From Candidatus Latescibacterota bacterium (lineage in GTDB: Bacteria; Latescibacterota; UBA2968; GCA-2709665), in assembly GCA_965208835.1 (NCBI GenBank), contig OZ242358.1:1312001-1376000 (forward strand): a DNA stretch of 64,000 bases, in the 5' to 3' direction. The position numbers and the translations under genes were made by a program. Positions 28,598 through 36,580 of this stretch are shown here, one piece after another. Every line of letters starts with the position of its first letter. Positions within the stretch are counted from its first letter, which is position 1. The notes under the pieces were generated by a model. The model had not been told where the DNA came from, did not search any database, and was given only the letters and a program-made list of their open reading frames with translations.

Positions 28598-28720
28598 CTA
28601 CTGCTCGTTTGCCGGTGCCGCGGCATACGAGATCGCCGCATGGATAGCTTCGCGTGAAACCGAAGGGTAACTCTTCGATATCTCATCGGGATCCACGGTG
28701 ATGTGGTCGCGCCAATCCAT
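28598..28720 (-). pseudogene. Internally deleted DUF433 antitoxin remnant
   Basis: MDWRDHITVDP is joined directly to DEISKSYPSVSREAIHAAISYAA; the central GKxCIxGTR core of DUF433 is missing. Confidence 0.7.
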
Positions 28721-28871
28721 GGTGTTTCTCCCTGACGTTTCTCCTGCGTGCTGGGAGTCGCCCTTGGCGAACTTTGTCGTGCCACACAAATATCCTGCCA
28801 ACCGCTTCACCATTCCCTGAAAACGCAGGCGTGTGCATTCTTTTGTAGTATCGGACGATCCGACGGTTCCC

Positions 28872-30170
28872 TCAATCCGCGGGGACCATGTCGGGGGCCT
28901 TGCGCGCGAAGGTGTCGATGGGCGGGAGGTTGCGGTCGGGGCCGAGTTCGAGCTGGCGGGGGCCGACCAGGATCTCCAGGTTGTCCCGCATTTCGGCCAT
29001 CTCGAGGTAGGCGGTGGAGGCTTCGACTTCGCCCAGGTCCAGGGTGTTCTTAATCCAGAGCACCCGTGCGTCCTCCGGCTCGATGAGTCCAATGGACTCG
29101 AGCCCGATCTGCAGAACCTCCTCGTCCGTGGGAAAATGCATGGGGATGGAGGCGGCCGGGGGGTGCTGCCCGGTAATGGCGTTGATGTTCATCGCATGAT
29201 AGTCGATTTTCTCAATCAGCCGGTCCGTGGTGAATTCGGCCATGCCGACGCCTACGGCATTGCCGTGGGTCTTTTCCGTGAGGTCCCGGACGAAGATCCG
29301 CAGCACGTTGGGCGTCTCTCCGTCCATCGCGCGGCGTTCGTTGCGCTTGCGTCCGACCACGTTGGTATCGATGCCGGAGCCGCTGATGTCTTTACCCATC
29401 TCGTCGATGATCAGCAGGTCCACCTCGTCGAACGGCAGCCGGGGGCACCAGGCCTTGGCTTTGACCAGTAGTTCCTTTTCCGCGCTTTCGAAATCCCGCG
29501 CGGGCACCGCGGCAATCTGCGCGGTTTCATCGTAGCCGTTTTCCAGCAGGGCGACGCCGAACGTAATCGGCATCTTTTCCCGCACCGTCTTACCCACTAT
29601 GCGCACGATCTTGTCGAACGAATGATGAATAATGGCGCGGTGGTAGATCGTCGCGCCCTTGTGCTTGCCGAGGCCAATGAGCATCATCTTCATCAGGCCG
29701 CTCTCGATCTCACCCACGAAGCCCGTGTGGGGCTTTACGCGGTTGACGACGACCACGTGGTCGGCCTCGGAGGCGTATTTGTCGAAATAGACGGGCATGC
29801 CGAAATCGGTGACGCCGATTTCGATCACGTCCATCGAGGATCTGACGGGGGCGCCGACCGCCGCTTCGGTGATGCCGTATTCGGCGAGAATTCCGGCCTG
29901 ACCCTCGGCGGTGCCGCCGCCGTGGCTGCCCATGGCTGGAACGATAAAGGGCCGGGCGCCCAGCGCGACCATTTCTTCGACAATTGTCGCGATGACCGTG
30001 TCCAGGTTGGCGATACCTCTGGATCCGGCGGCGATCGCAACCGTGTGACCGGGCTTGATTGTCTCGCCGGGATTGAGATTCCGGATCTCGCGCCGGGTGG
30101 CGCCGGGAATGTCGTCGACGCGCGGCGCGTCGAAGCGCTGGCGGATCCGAAACATGTGGGGGTATTGCAT
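28872..30170 (-). CDS. LarA-like (lactate racemase / DUF2088 domain) protein
   Basis: AGSRGI, PAMGSHGG, RVKPHT, SGLMKM and GKDISGSGID. Confidence 0.8.
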   Translation of the reverse strand: MQYPHMFRIRQRFDAPRVDDIPGATRREIRNLNPGETIKPGHTVAIAAGSRGIANLDTVIATIVEEMVALGARPFIVPAMGSHGGGTAEGQAGILAEYGITEAAVGAPVRSSMDVIEIGVTDFGMPVYFDKYASEADHVVVVNRVKPHTGFVGEIESGLMKMMLIGLGKHKGATIYHRAIIHHSFDKIVRIVGKTVREKMPITFGVALLENGYDETAQIAAVPARDFESAEKELLVKAKAWCPRLPFDEVDLLIIDEMGKDISGSGIDTNVVGRKRNERRAMDGETPNVLRIFVRDLTEKTHGNAVGVGMAEFTTDRLIEKIDYHAMNINAITGQHPPAASIPMHFPTDEEVLQIGLESIGLIEPEDARVLWIKNTLDLGEVEASTAYLEMAEMRDNLEILVGPRQLELGPDRNLPPIDTFARKAPDMVPAD

Positions 30171-30257
30171 GATAGGCCTCCGGTCGAAGAAGACGATCGT
30201 GAGAATTCGGGTCTTGCATCAAGAGCCGTGCGAATGATGTTCGGATGCGAAGGACTA

Positions 30258-31415
30258 TCACATGGCGGCTTCGTAGAGCGCGATGATGTCCTTAAGTGTG
30301 GTGTGGCGCGGGTTGATCTGGATATTTCCGCTCTTCATCGCGTCTTCCGCCAGCACGGAAATACCTTCAGGCGGAACGCCCACTTCGGTGAGCGTGTCGG
30401 GAATGCCCACGTCGGCAGCCAGGGATTGCACCGCCTCCACGGCAACGTCGGCGGCTTCCACGTGGGACAGGCCTTCGATATTCTCACCCAGCGCGACGGC
30501 GATGTCGGCGAATCGCTCCGGGCACGCGACTTTGTTGAAGTCCATCACCCGTGTGAGCAGGATGGCGTTGGCGACGCCGTGAGGGACCCCGTAATGGCCG
30601 CCCACGGCGTGTGACATCGCGTGCACGTTGCCAAGGCGCGTCTGAGAGAAGGCGATGCCCGCCATATTGCTCGCAAGCAGCATCTGTTCGGTGGCTTCGT
30701 AATTGTGGTTGCTTGAAGCGGCCTGCCGCAGGTTCCGTGCAGTCAGCCGTATGGCGTGCAGCGCCAGGCCGTCGGCTATCGGGTTGGAGGCGCGTGCGAC
30801 GTAGGATTCCACCGCGTGGGTGAGCGCGTCCATTCCGGTAGCGGCGGCGATGGGCATGGGCAGGGTGACGGCTACATTGGCATCCAGAATGCCCACGTCT
30901 GGAATGACGTGCGGACCGCCCACCGCGGCCTTGAAATGGTTGTCGTCCGTGACGACGGCGAAAGGGGTGACTTCGCTGGCGGTGCCGTAGGTGGTGGGCA
31001 CGCACAACAGGAAGGGCACCCGTTTCCGGTCCTGCAGGAGACCGAAGTGGTCTTCGATTCGGCCCCCGTTTTCGGCCAGAACTCCGGCGCACTTGGCGGT
31101 GTCCATCGAAGAGCCGCCGCCGATGGCCAGGAGCCAGTCACAACCTGCTGATTCGTAAAGATCGAAACAGGCCTGCACGACGTGGGCCGGAGGGTTTTCT
31201 TCCACGCCGTCGTAAACCGCAAACGGGATCTCTGCGGCCTCGAGGACGCCCGTGGCCTGCTGGGCCACACCGGCCTTGACGAGTCCCTTATCGGTAACGA
31301 CGAGGGCCTTTTTTTCTGTTCGTTCCGAGAGAATCCCAGGGATTTCCGAAACGCTCCCGCGGCCGGCGAAAAGACGCGTGGGGGAATGGAAGGTGAAGCC
31401 GTTTTGGTCCGTCAC
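30258..31415 (-). CDS. Iron-containing alcohol dehydrogenase
   Basis: GGGSSMDTAK, PTTYGTASE, GMDALTHAVE, HAMSH and HGVANA; GGGAG RBS before GTG at 31415. Confidence 0.93.
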   Translation of the reverse strand: MTDQNGFTFHSPTRLFAGRGSVSEIPGILSERTEKKALVVTDKGLVKAGVAQQATGVLEAAEIPFAVYDGVEENPPAHVVQACFDLYESAGCDWLLAIGGGSSMDTAKCAGVLAENGGRIEDHFGLLQDRKRVPFLLCVPTTYGTASEVTPFAVVTDDNHFKAAVGGPHVIPDVGILDANVAVTLPMPIAAATGMDALTHAVESYVARASNPIADGLALHAIRLTARNLRQAASSNHNYEATEQMLLASNMAGIAFSQTRLGNVHAMSHAVGGHYGVPHGVANAILLTRVMDFNKVACPERFADIAVALGENIEGLSHVEAADVAVEAVQSLAADVGIPDTLTEVGVPPEGISVLAEDAMKSGNIQINPRHTTLKDIIALYEAAM

Positions 31416-31520
31416 GTCAAGTACTCCCAAATGTGCGATGGAACCCGGAACTGCCGTGTCTAATTTAGGCGTTACGCCAATTGCGGACAAGCAGATTCAG
31501 CAGTCAGGAAAGGCATAAAG

Positions 31521-31651
31521 GCGGGGAGACGTAAGAAGGTAGACGGTAGAAGAAATCCTTGCCCGGTATGTTATCGCTTCTGGCCTCCGGCACGAGAAGA
31601 AACTTTACAAGGCAGGCAATCTCTCCCCTCTCCCCTCTTCCCTCTCACCGC
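31521..31651 (+). repeat. 131-bp dispersed element, copy 2
   Basis: Same core as 5728-5858; arms GCGGGGAGACG...CTCTCACCGC. Confidence 0.85.
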
Positions 31652-31724
31652 ATCAAGGAAAACGGCAAGGAACCAGGGGACGTCAGGGCGTGGTTGGGTT
31701 TCAGGGCCAGGAAACTGATCCAGG

Positions 31725-32738
31725 TCAAAAGATCTTGCCTATTTCATCCCGGTCGAACTCGGGAAGGTCGCGATCTGTATCGTTAATGCGGAGCTTGAGT
31801 CCGAATTCGGATGGTTCCGCACGCGCGACAATTTCGCAGGGGATGCCCGCGGCTCGGATGGCGTCGCGGACCCGGTCGGCGTTTTCCGTCGCCACGCCGA
31901 TCAACAGCGCGCCCGATGAGATGACGCCCAGCGGATCGAGCTGGAACGCATCGCAGAGCAGGCGCGTTTCTTCCGAGGCGAAAAGCGCATCCGCTTCCAC
32001 GGAGAGCCCGCAGTCCGAAGCGGCGGCCAGTTCCCGTAGCGCCGTGGCAACGCCGCCCTCCGTGGGATCGTGCATCGCGTGCACCGGCGCGGTTTCGCAG
32101 GCGATGCGCGCCTCCTCGAGAATACTGATCCCCGGAGTATGCAGGTATTCGCGTGCTGTTTTCAGGAGGGCGGCATCGAAGCCCCGGTCGCGCAGTTCGG
32201 CTTCCTTTTCCCTCGCCAGAATGGCCGTGGCTTCGATCCCCAGCCCCCTGGTCAGCAGAATACGGTCGCCGGCCTGCAGGCCGCTGGACCGGACGAGGCG
32301 CTCCCGGGAGACTTCGCCCAGCATCTGGCCCACGACGATCGGCCGATCCAGACCCGCGGTGATTTCGGTGTGGCCGCCGCACAGAGAGACACCGATTTTA
32401 ACCGCGGCGCGTTGGAGCGAGTCGAAGATGGTTCGAACCAGCGTTTCGCTCGTCCGGCCTTCGGGCAGGAGGAGGGTGGCCAGGAACCAGCGGGGAACGG
32501 CCCCCATCGTCGCGATATCGTTGGCGTTGACGTGGACCGCGTAGTGGCCGATTTCGTCCGTGGCAAAGGTGATCGGGTCGGTCTTCACGACCAGGCAGGT
32601 GCCGCCAAAGTCAATAACGGCGGCGTCCTCGCCCACCTGCGGCCCGACCAGGATGCGCTCGTCTTCGGCGGTACATTCGCGCAGCAGGCCGGAGAGCATG
32701 TCCAGCGGAAGTTTTCCGGGTGGCAGGAAGGCACACAT
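31725..32738 (-). CDS. AIR synthase-related (PurM/HypE/ThiL-like) protein
   Basis: GKLP, GEDAAV, KTDPIT, NANDIA, GGHTE and MHDPTEGG; start at MCAFLPPGKL. Confidence 0.88.
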   Translation of the reverse strand: MCAFLPPGKLPLDMLSGLLRECTAEDERILVGPQVGEDAAVIDFGGTCLVVKTDPITFATDEIGHYAVHVNANDIATMGAVPRWFLATLLLPEGRTSETLVRTIFDSLQRAAVKIGVSLCGGHTEITAGLDRPIVVGQMLGEVSRERLVRSSGLQAGDRILLTRGLGIEATAILAREKEAELRDRGFDAALLKTAREYLHTPGISILEEARIACETAPVHAMHDPTEGGVATALRELAAASDCGLSVEADALFASEETRLLCDAFQLDPLGVISSGALLIGVATENADRVRDAIRAAGIPCEIVARAEPSEFGLKLRINDTDRDLPEFDRDEIGKIF

Positions 32739-32931
32739 AGCCGTGACTTGAATGGGATGACAGGATACAGGGGCGCTCGATCCTTCGGAAATTACGATAG
32801 GCCAATTGCGGGGGGATGTCAACCACTTTGGGCGTTCATGTCGCGATCCGAAGTCGGTCGGATCACAGGCACATGAAACGGAAAAAACTATTCCGTGTGT
32901 CCAGTAAACGTGGTCCAGCCCCGCATCGGGT

Positions 32932-34008
32932 TCAGGATTCAAACCAGGATCGAAGTTCGGACGTCCGGGGATCGTTGCAGAGGGGCGTCGAGAGGATTCG
33001 TCGCAGTTGCTCCAGGCGCGCCTCGGGGTTCCGCCACCTGTCCAGCAGCGGATGCCGGGGATCGGGCAGGGCATCGAGGAGAGACTGCGCAGCCAGGAGG
33101 TGAAAGACGAAATGGTGCCCGTCCAGCAGGACCGCAATCTGCTCGGGTGGCTCCTCGCGGTAATTCGAAGCAAGCGCGGCATATCGCCCGGTCAGAGCAG
33201 GCGTCAGCACGCTGACGGTCCCTCCGTCCGTCCGCCCGGCGCCGTGGGAGGTTGTGTATTGTGTGAGCCGGCGTTCGGGCCAGTCCCAGCCGATCTTGGA
33301 GAATTCGATGAAACGGAGCGATCGCGTGGCCGGGTTGATGACGATGTTGCGGGCGTGGTAGTCGGTTGGACCGGGTAGCGGCACTGCCTGGTCGAGGAAT
33401 AGGAGAAGCCCGGTGAGCCGATCTGTCATTGCAGGCAAACGCTTTCGACTCACGGATCGAGAAAGCCGGTCGGCGAGGCGCGGCAGGCCACCGACGAGAC
33501 CTCGGGTTGTTCGCCGCCACGTCCGGCGCAGATCCTGCGGGTAACACCCCGGAAAGGTACGCGGGGCGAAATCGTCGCCATGATCGTGAAACGTGGATTG
33601 AATTCGGGCAAAGCCATCGACGACCAGACGGCCGTAGGCTCCCGCAGCCCCCTCTTGGCAGACGTCGTCGAGCGTGCGGTCGCCGCACCACTCGAAAAAG
33701 ACCAGGTCGTGGTCACTGTCGGCAGCGTAAAGCCTCGGCACAGGCGCCCCGGAAAGGCGTGCGTGCGCGAGCTGTTCAACGGCCAGCAGGTCGTGAGGTT
33801 CTCCGCGTGCGAGGGGAGCGAAAGCGTGTTGTTTGGCAACGAGGAATGAACCGTCGACGAGGGCGACTATCCAGACGTTAGGGTGACCGGGGATGGGTCG
33901 GACATCTTCAACCGGGGACCCGCTGCCAGGGGTGGTGGGAGCGATCCGCCGGATGGCCTCGATCGTCGGTTCGGAGGAAGGTGCGCGCATGGATCGTGGA
34001 CGTGGCAC
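32932..34008 (-). CDS. Aminoglycoside phosphotransferase / kinase-like fold protein
   Basis: VAK lysine; Brenner-like PTDYHARNIV; FIEFS in place of IDF. Confidence 0.65.
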   Translation of the reverse strand: MPRPRSMRAPSSEPTIEAIRRIAPTTPGSGSPVEDVRPIPGHPNVWIVALVDGSFLVAKQHAFAPLARGEPHDLLAVEQLAHARLSGAPVPRLYAADSDHDLVFFEWCGDRTLDDVCQEGAAGAYGRLVVDGFARIQSTFHDHGDDFAPRTFPGCYPQDLRRTWRRTTRGLVGGLPRLADRLSRSVSRKRLPAMTDRLTGLLLFLDQAVPLPGPTDYHARNIVINPATRSLRFIEFSKIGWDWPERRLTQYTTSHGAGRTDGGTVSVLTPALTGRYAALASNYREEPPEQIAVLLDGHHFVFHLLAAQSLLDALPDPRHPLLDRWRNPEARLEQLRRILSTPLCNDPRTSELRSWFES

Positions 34009-35279
34009 TACTTCTCATGCATCTGCCGCTTTCGCAGCGTGAGGAATTCAGGGGCTTCTCGAATGCAGGAAACCAGGACGCCGAGGGAGCGCCTGAATGC
34101 GTTGAATCCGGTCCGGCGGATCTCGGCGGCGGCATCTCCCACGGTGTCGTAGCCGTCGTCCGTGGAGCCGAGACGCTCCCAGTTCCTGAAGAGCCGGCCC
34201 CACTCGCTTTCCAGAACATCCCGCATTCGTTTTCGGGCCAGAAACGGATACCAGAAGGTGTCGTGGTAGAGGACGCTGGCCAGGTAGGACCACGGCGCAA
34301 GGAAGGTCTTGAGAGACCACTCGACAGGCTTCTTGAGTGGTCCCCAATAGATCTTGTGCTGCATTCGGGATGCGAATGTCATTTTGCGGAAGGGACCCGC
34401 GAATTGCCAGTTTTCTTCGGCCGCGGAGGCATCACCCAAAATCCGGATCCCGCGCGGGTCGCCGCAACCCAGGCCCATGTCGTGGGCGAGCCGGATGTGT
34501 TTGATGGATAGCGGATCCATCCCCATCATCCTGGCGGCAACCGCATCGATGGCGACCTGGTCGGCGCTCGCAAGGATGACGTTTTTGGTATAGGGTATCA
34601 TGCATCGGGGACCGGGCCCGTCTCCGGCGAAAGTCCCGTCCATCACCGCGAATACGCCGGGATGGATTTCCTTCTGAATCATCAGCAGATCCACGAGGGT
34701 CTCGTGGATAACCGGATGTGTCCAGTGGCGTCGTTCGTTGAGCAGGCCGCCGAAGGCATTTTTCATTGCTCCGGTTGTGGTGGTAAAGACGTGCGTCTTT
34801 ACAGTGGGCAGGTGGACGATGTTTTCCCCGATCAGTCGGCGGGGAATATGGAAACCGTCGGGGTAGACCTGGTTCAGGCACAGGAACCGGTCCGCGAGAT
34901 TGCCCACCGCATCGCGTATGTGGATCCACTCCTCGCCTTCGTAGAGGTGGATGTTCCGCAGGCCGTGGGCGTTGACAACGTTGACCTGCTTGTTCTCCCG
35001 CTCACCCAGCCGGGCGTCGATGACGACCGTTCGGTTGTGGCAGGCGTGGATCAGGTCTTTGCGATAGCCGTCCCTTGCCATCGCGCGGATTACGCCTTCG
35101 AGTTGCCACGGGGTCGTGGAACTGCCCGGATAGAAAAAGTGCCATGAAATATTGACCTTGAGGGCGGTGTCGAGCTTCCTGTCCAGGACGTCCTGGTACC
35201 CCGCCAGGTTCAATAGCCTGTGATAGTCTCTCAAGACCGTTTCAGGTCTGGTTTTCAGAACGGCTACCTTGCTCTGCAT
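34008..35279 (-). CDS. DUF362 domain Fe-S protein
   Basis: LKVNISW, LPTVKTH, TGAMKNAFG, DGTFAGDGPGP and DQVAIDA. Confidence 0.85.
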   Translation of the reverse strand: MQSKVAVLKTRPETVLRDYHRLLNLAGYQDVLDRKLDTALKVNISWHFFYPGSSTTPWQLEGVIRAMARDGYRKDLIHACHNRTVVIDARLGERENKQVNVVNAHGLRNIHLYEGEEWIHIRDAVGNLADRFLCLNQVYPDGFHIPRRLIGENIVHLPTVKTHVFTTTTGAMKNAFGGLLNERRHWTHPVIHETLVDLLMIQKEIHPGVFAVMDGTFAGDGPGPRCMIPYTKNVILASADQVAIDAVAARMMGMDPLSIKHIRLAHDMGLGCGDPRGIRILGDASAAEENWQFAGPFRKMTFASRMQHKIYWGPLKKPVEWSLKTFLAPWSYLASVLYHDTFWYPFLARKRMRDVLESEWGRLFRNWERLGSTDDGYDTVGDAAAEIRRTGFNAFRRSLGVLVSCIREAPEFLTLRKRQMHEK

Positions 35280-35341
35280 AATGAGCGCTTTCGAGCGTTG
35301 CCGACCTGGGGATCGGCGCGGTAACGGTAGAAGGATACGGA

Positions 35342-36211
35342 TTACTTGAAATAGAGCAGGGTAAAGACGGCAAGAAACCAGAGGCCGCCGTTGATCATCA
35401 GCGACGGGTCGCCCAGAATGGTTGAGGATGGATTACCGCCCTGGTTCTTGGCATAGACCAGATAGAGATAGCGCAGAAGCCCGTAGATCACGAAGGGAAT
35501 GGTGAGATTGAGATGCGGCGTTCCGAGTTTCTGTGCGACGTCGGGTGACATGGTGTAGAGCGCGTACGAGACGAGAGCGCCGGCCGTGACGACGGCGATC
35601 ATCTGGTCCAGGAACCGCGGCGTGTACTCATCCAGAATGCGCCGGTGTTCAGCCGCGCCGGCTTCCAGGAGGATCAGTTCCTGCCGGCGTTTGACGAAAC
35701 CCATGAAGAGCGCCAGCAACACGGTGCAGAGGATGAGCCACGAGGAAATCTCCACGTTGATGACCAGTGCGCCCGCGATGGCTCGCAGCAGGTATCCGGA
35801 GGCGATGATCATCACGTCCAGGATGACAACGTGCTTCAAATGGAGCGAATAGGCGACGTTCATCAGCCCGTAGGCCAGCAGAACCCATCCGAGGGGGATG
35901 CTCAGCAGAAAAGCCAGCGGAAGCACGCAGAGGGCGATAACGATGGAGGCGGTCGTCGCTGCGCCAGGGCTCAACTGGCCCGAGGCTATCGGCCGGTTGC
36001 GCTTCTCGGGGTGACGGCGATCGGATTCGACGTCTCGAATGTCGTTCAGGAGGTAGACCGCGCTCGACATGAGGCAGAAGAGAGCGAACGCGCCGCCACT
36101 GCGCAAAAGGTAGCGCCCTTCGAGCAGGTGTGCTGAAAAGACCAGCGGGGCCAGAACGAACACGCTCTTTATCCACTGGTTGGGACGGAGGGATCGGAGA
36201 AGAGGACGCAT
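35342..36211 (-). CDS. UbiA-family prenyltransferase (decaprenyl-phosphate phosphoribosyltransferase-like)
   Basis: LRPNQWIK, YLLNDIRDVESDRRHPEKRNRPIASG, YSLHLKH and KRRQE; multiple TM segments. Confidence 0.9.
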   Translation of the reverse strand: MRPLLRSLRPNQWIKSVFVLAPLVFSAHLLEGRYLLRSGGAFALFCLMSSAVYLLNDIRDVESDRRHPEKRNRPIASGQLSPGAATTASIVIALCVLPLAFLLSIPLGWVLLAYGLMNVAYSLHLKHVVILDVMIIASGYLLRAIAGALVINVEISSWLILCTVLLALFMGFVKRRQELILLEAGAAEHRRILDEYTPRFLDQMIAVVTAGALVSYALYTMSPDVAQKLGTPHLNLTIPFVIYGLLRYLYLVYAKNQGGNPSSTILGDPSLMINGGLWFLAVFTLLYFK

Positions 36212-36212
36212 A

Positions 36213-36486
36213 AAGAATACGAGACTGCGAAAAGACGAGAATACGAAAAGACGAGAATACGAAAAGACGAGAATACGAAAAGACGAAATGGCGAAACTAC
36301 GAAATGGCGAAACTACGAAAAGACGAAAGGCGAAAGACGAAAGACGAAACTGCGAATGACGCGAATGACGCGAATAAACGAAAGACGAGACTACGAGACT
36401 GCGAATAGACGAGACTACGAAAAGACGAAAGACGAAAGACGAAACTGCGAATGAACGAAACTGCGAATGAACGAGACTACGAAAAG
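36213..36486. repeat. Degenerate 7-9 bp tandem array with invariant CGA(A/G) core
   Basis: More than 30 units such as AATACGAA, AAGACGAG, ACTGCGAA and AGACGAA. Confidence 0.9.
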
Positions 36487-36580
36487 TCAGTGGCTGAAAT
36501 CAAATCCTTGGGAAGGGGCGCGAAAACGGGGATCGATCTGCTGCAGATTCGATCCCCGATCGGTACCAGGGCTACACGAT

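Noticed and set aside
21515-28720. Prophage or integrative element
   Set aside because: No integrase, att-like direct repeat, tRNA target or phage structural gene is visible.
31725-32738. Hydrogenase maturation HypE or selenophosphate synthetase
   Set aside because: It lacks the C-terminal PRIC of HypE and the N-terminal Cys/Sec-x-x-Lys motif of SelD, and has no hyp context.
32739-33182. N-terminal extension of the AIR synthase-like ORF, and similar extensions for fabF, rnc, fabD and 40148-40309
   Set aside because: The extensions overlap other genes or intergenic DNA; family motifs and RBS positions support the shorter starts.
36213-36486. Possible CRISPR array
   Set aside because: Units are 7-9 bp with no unique spacers of about 30 bp, and there are no cas genes in the window.
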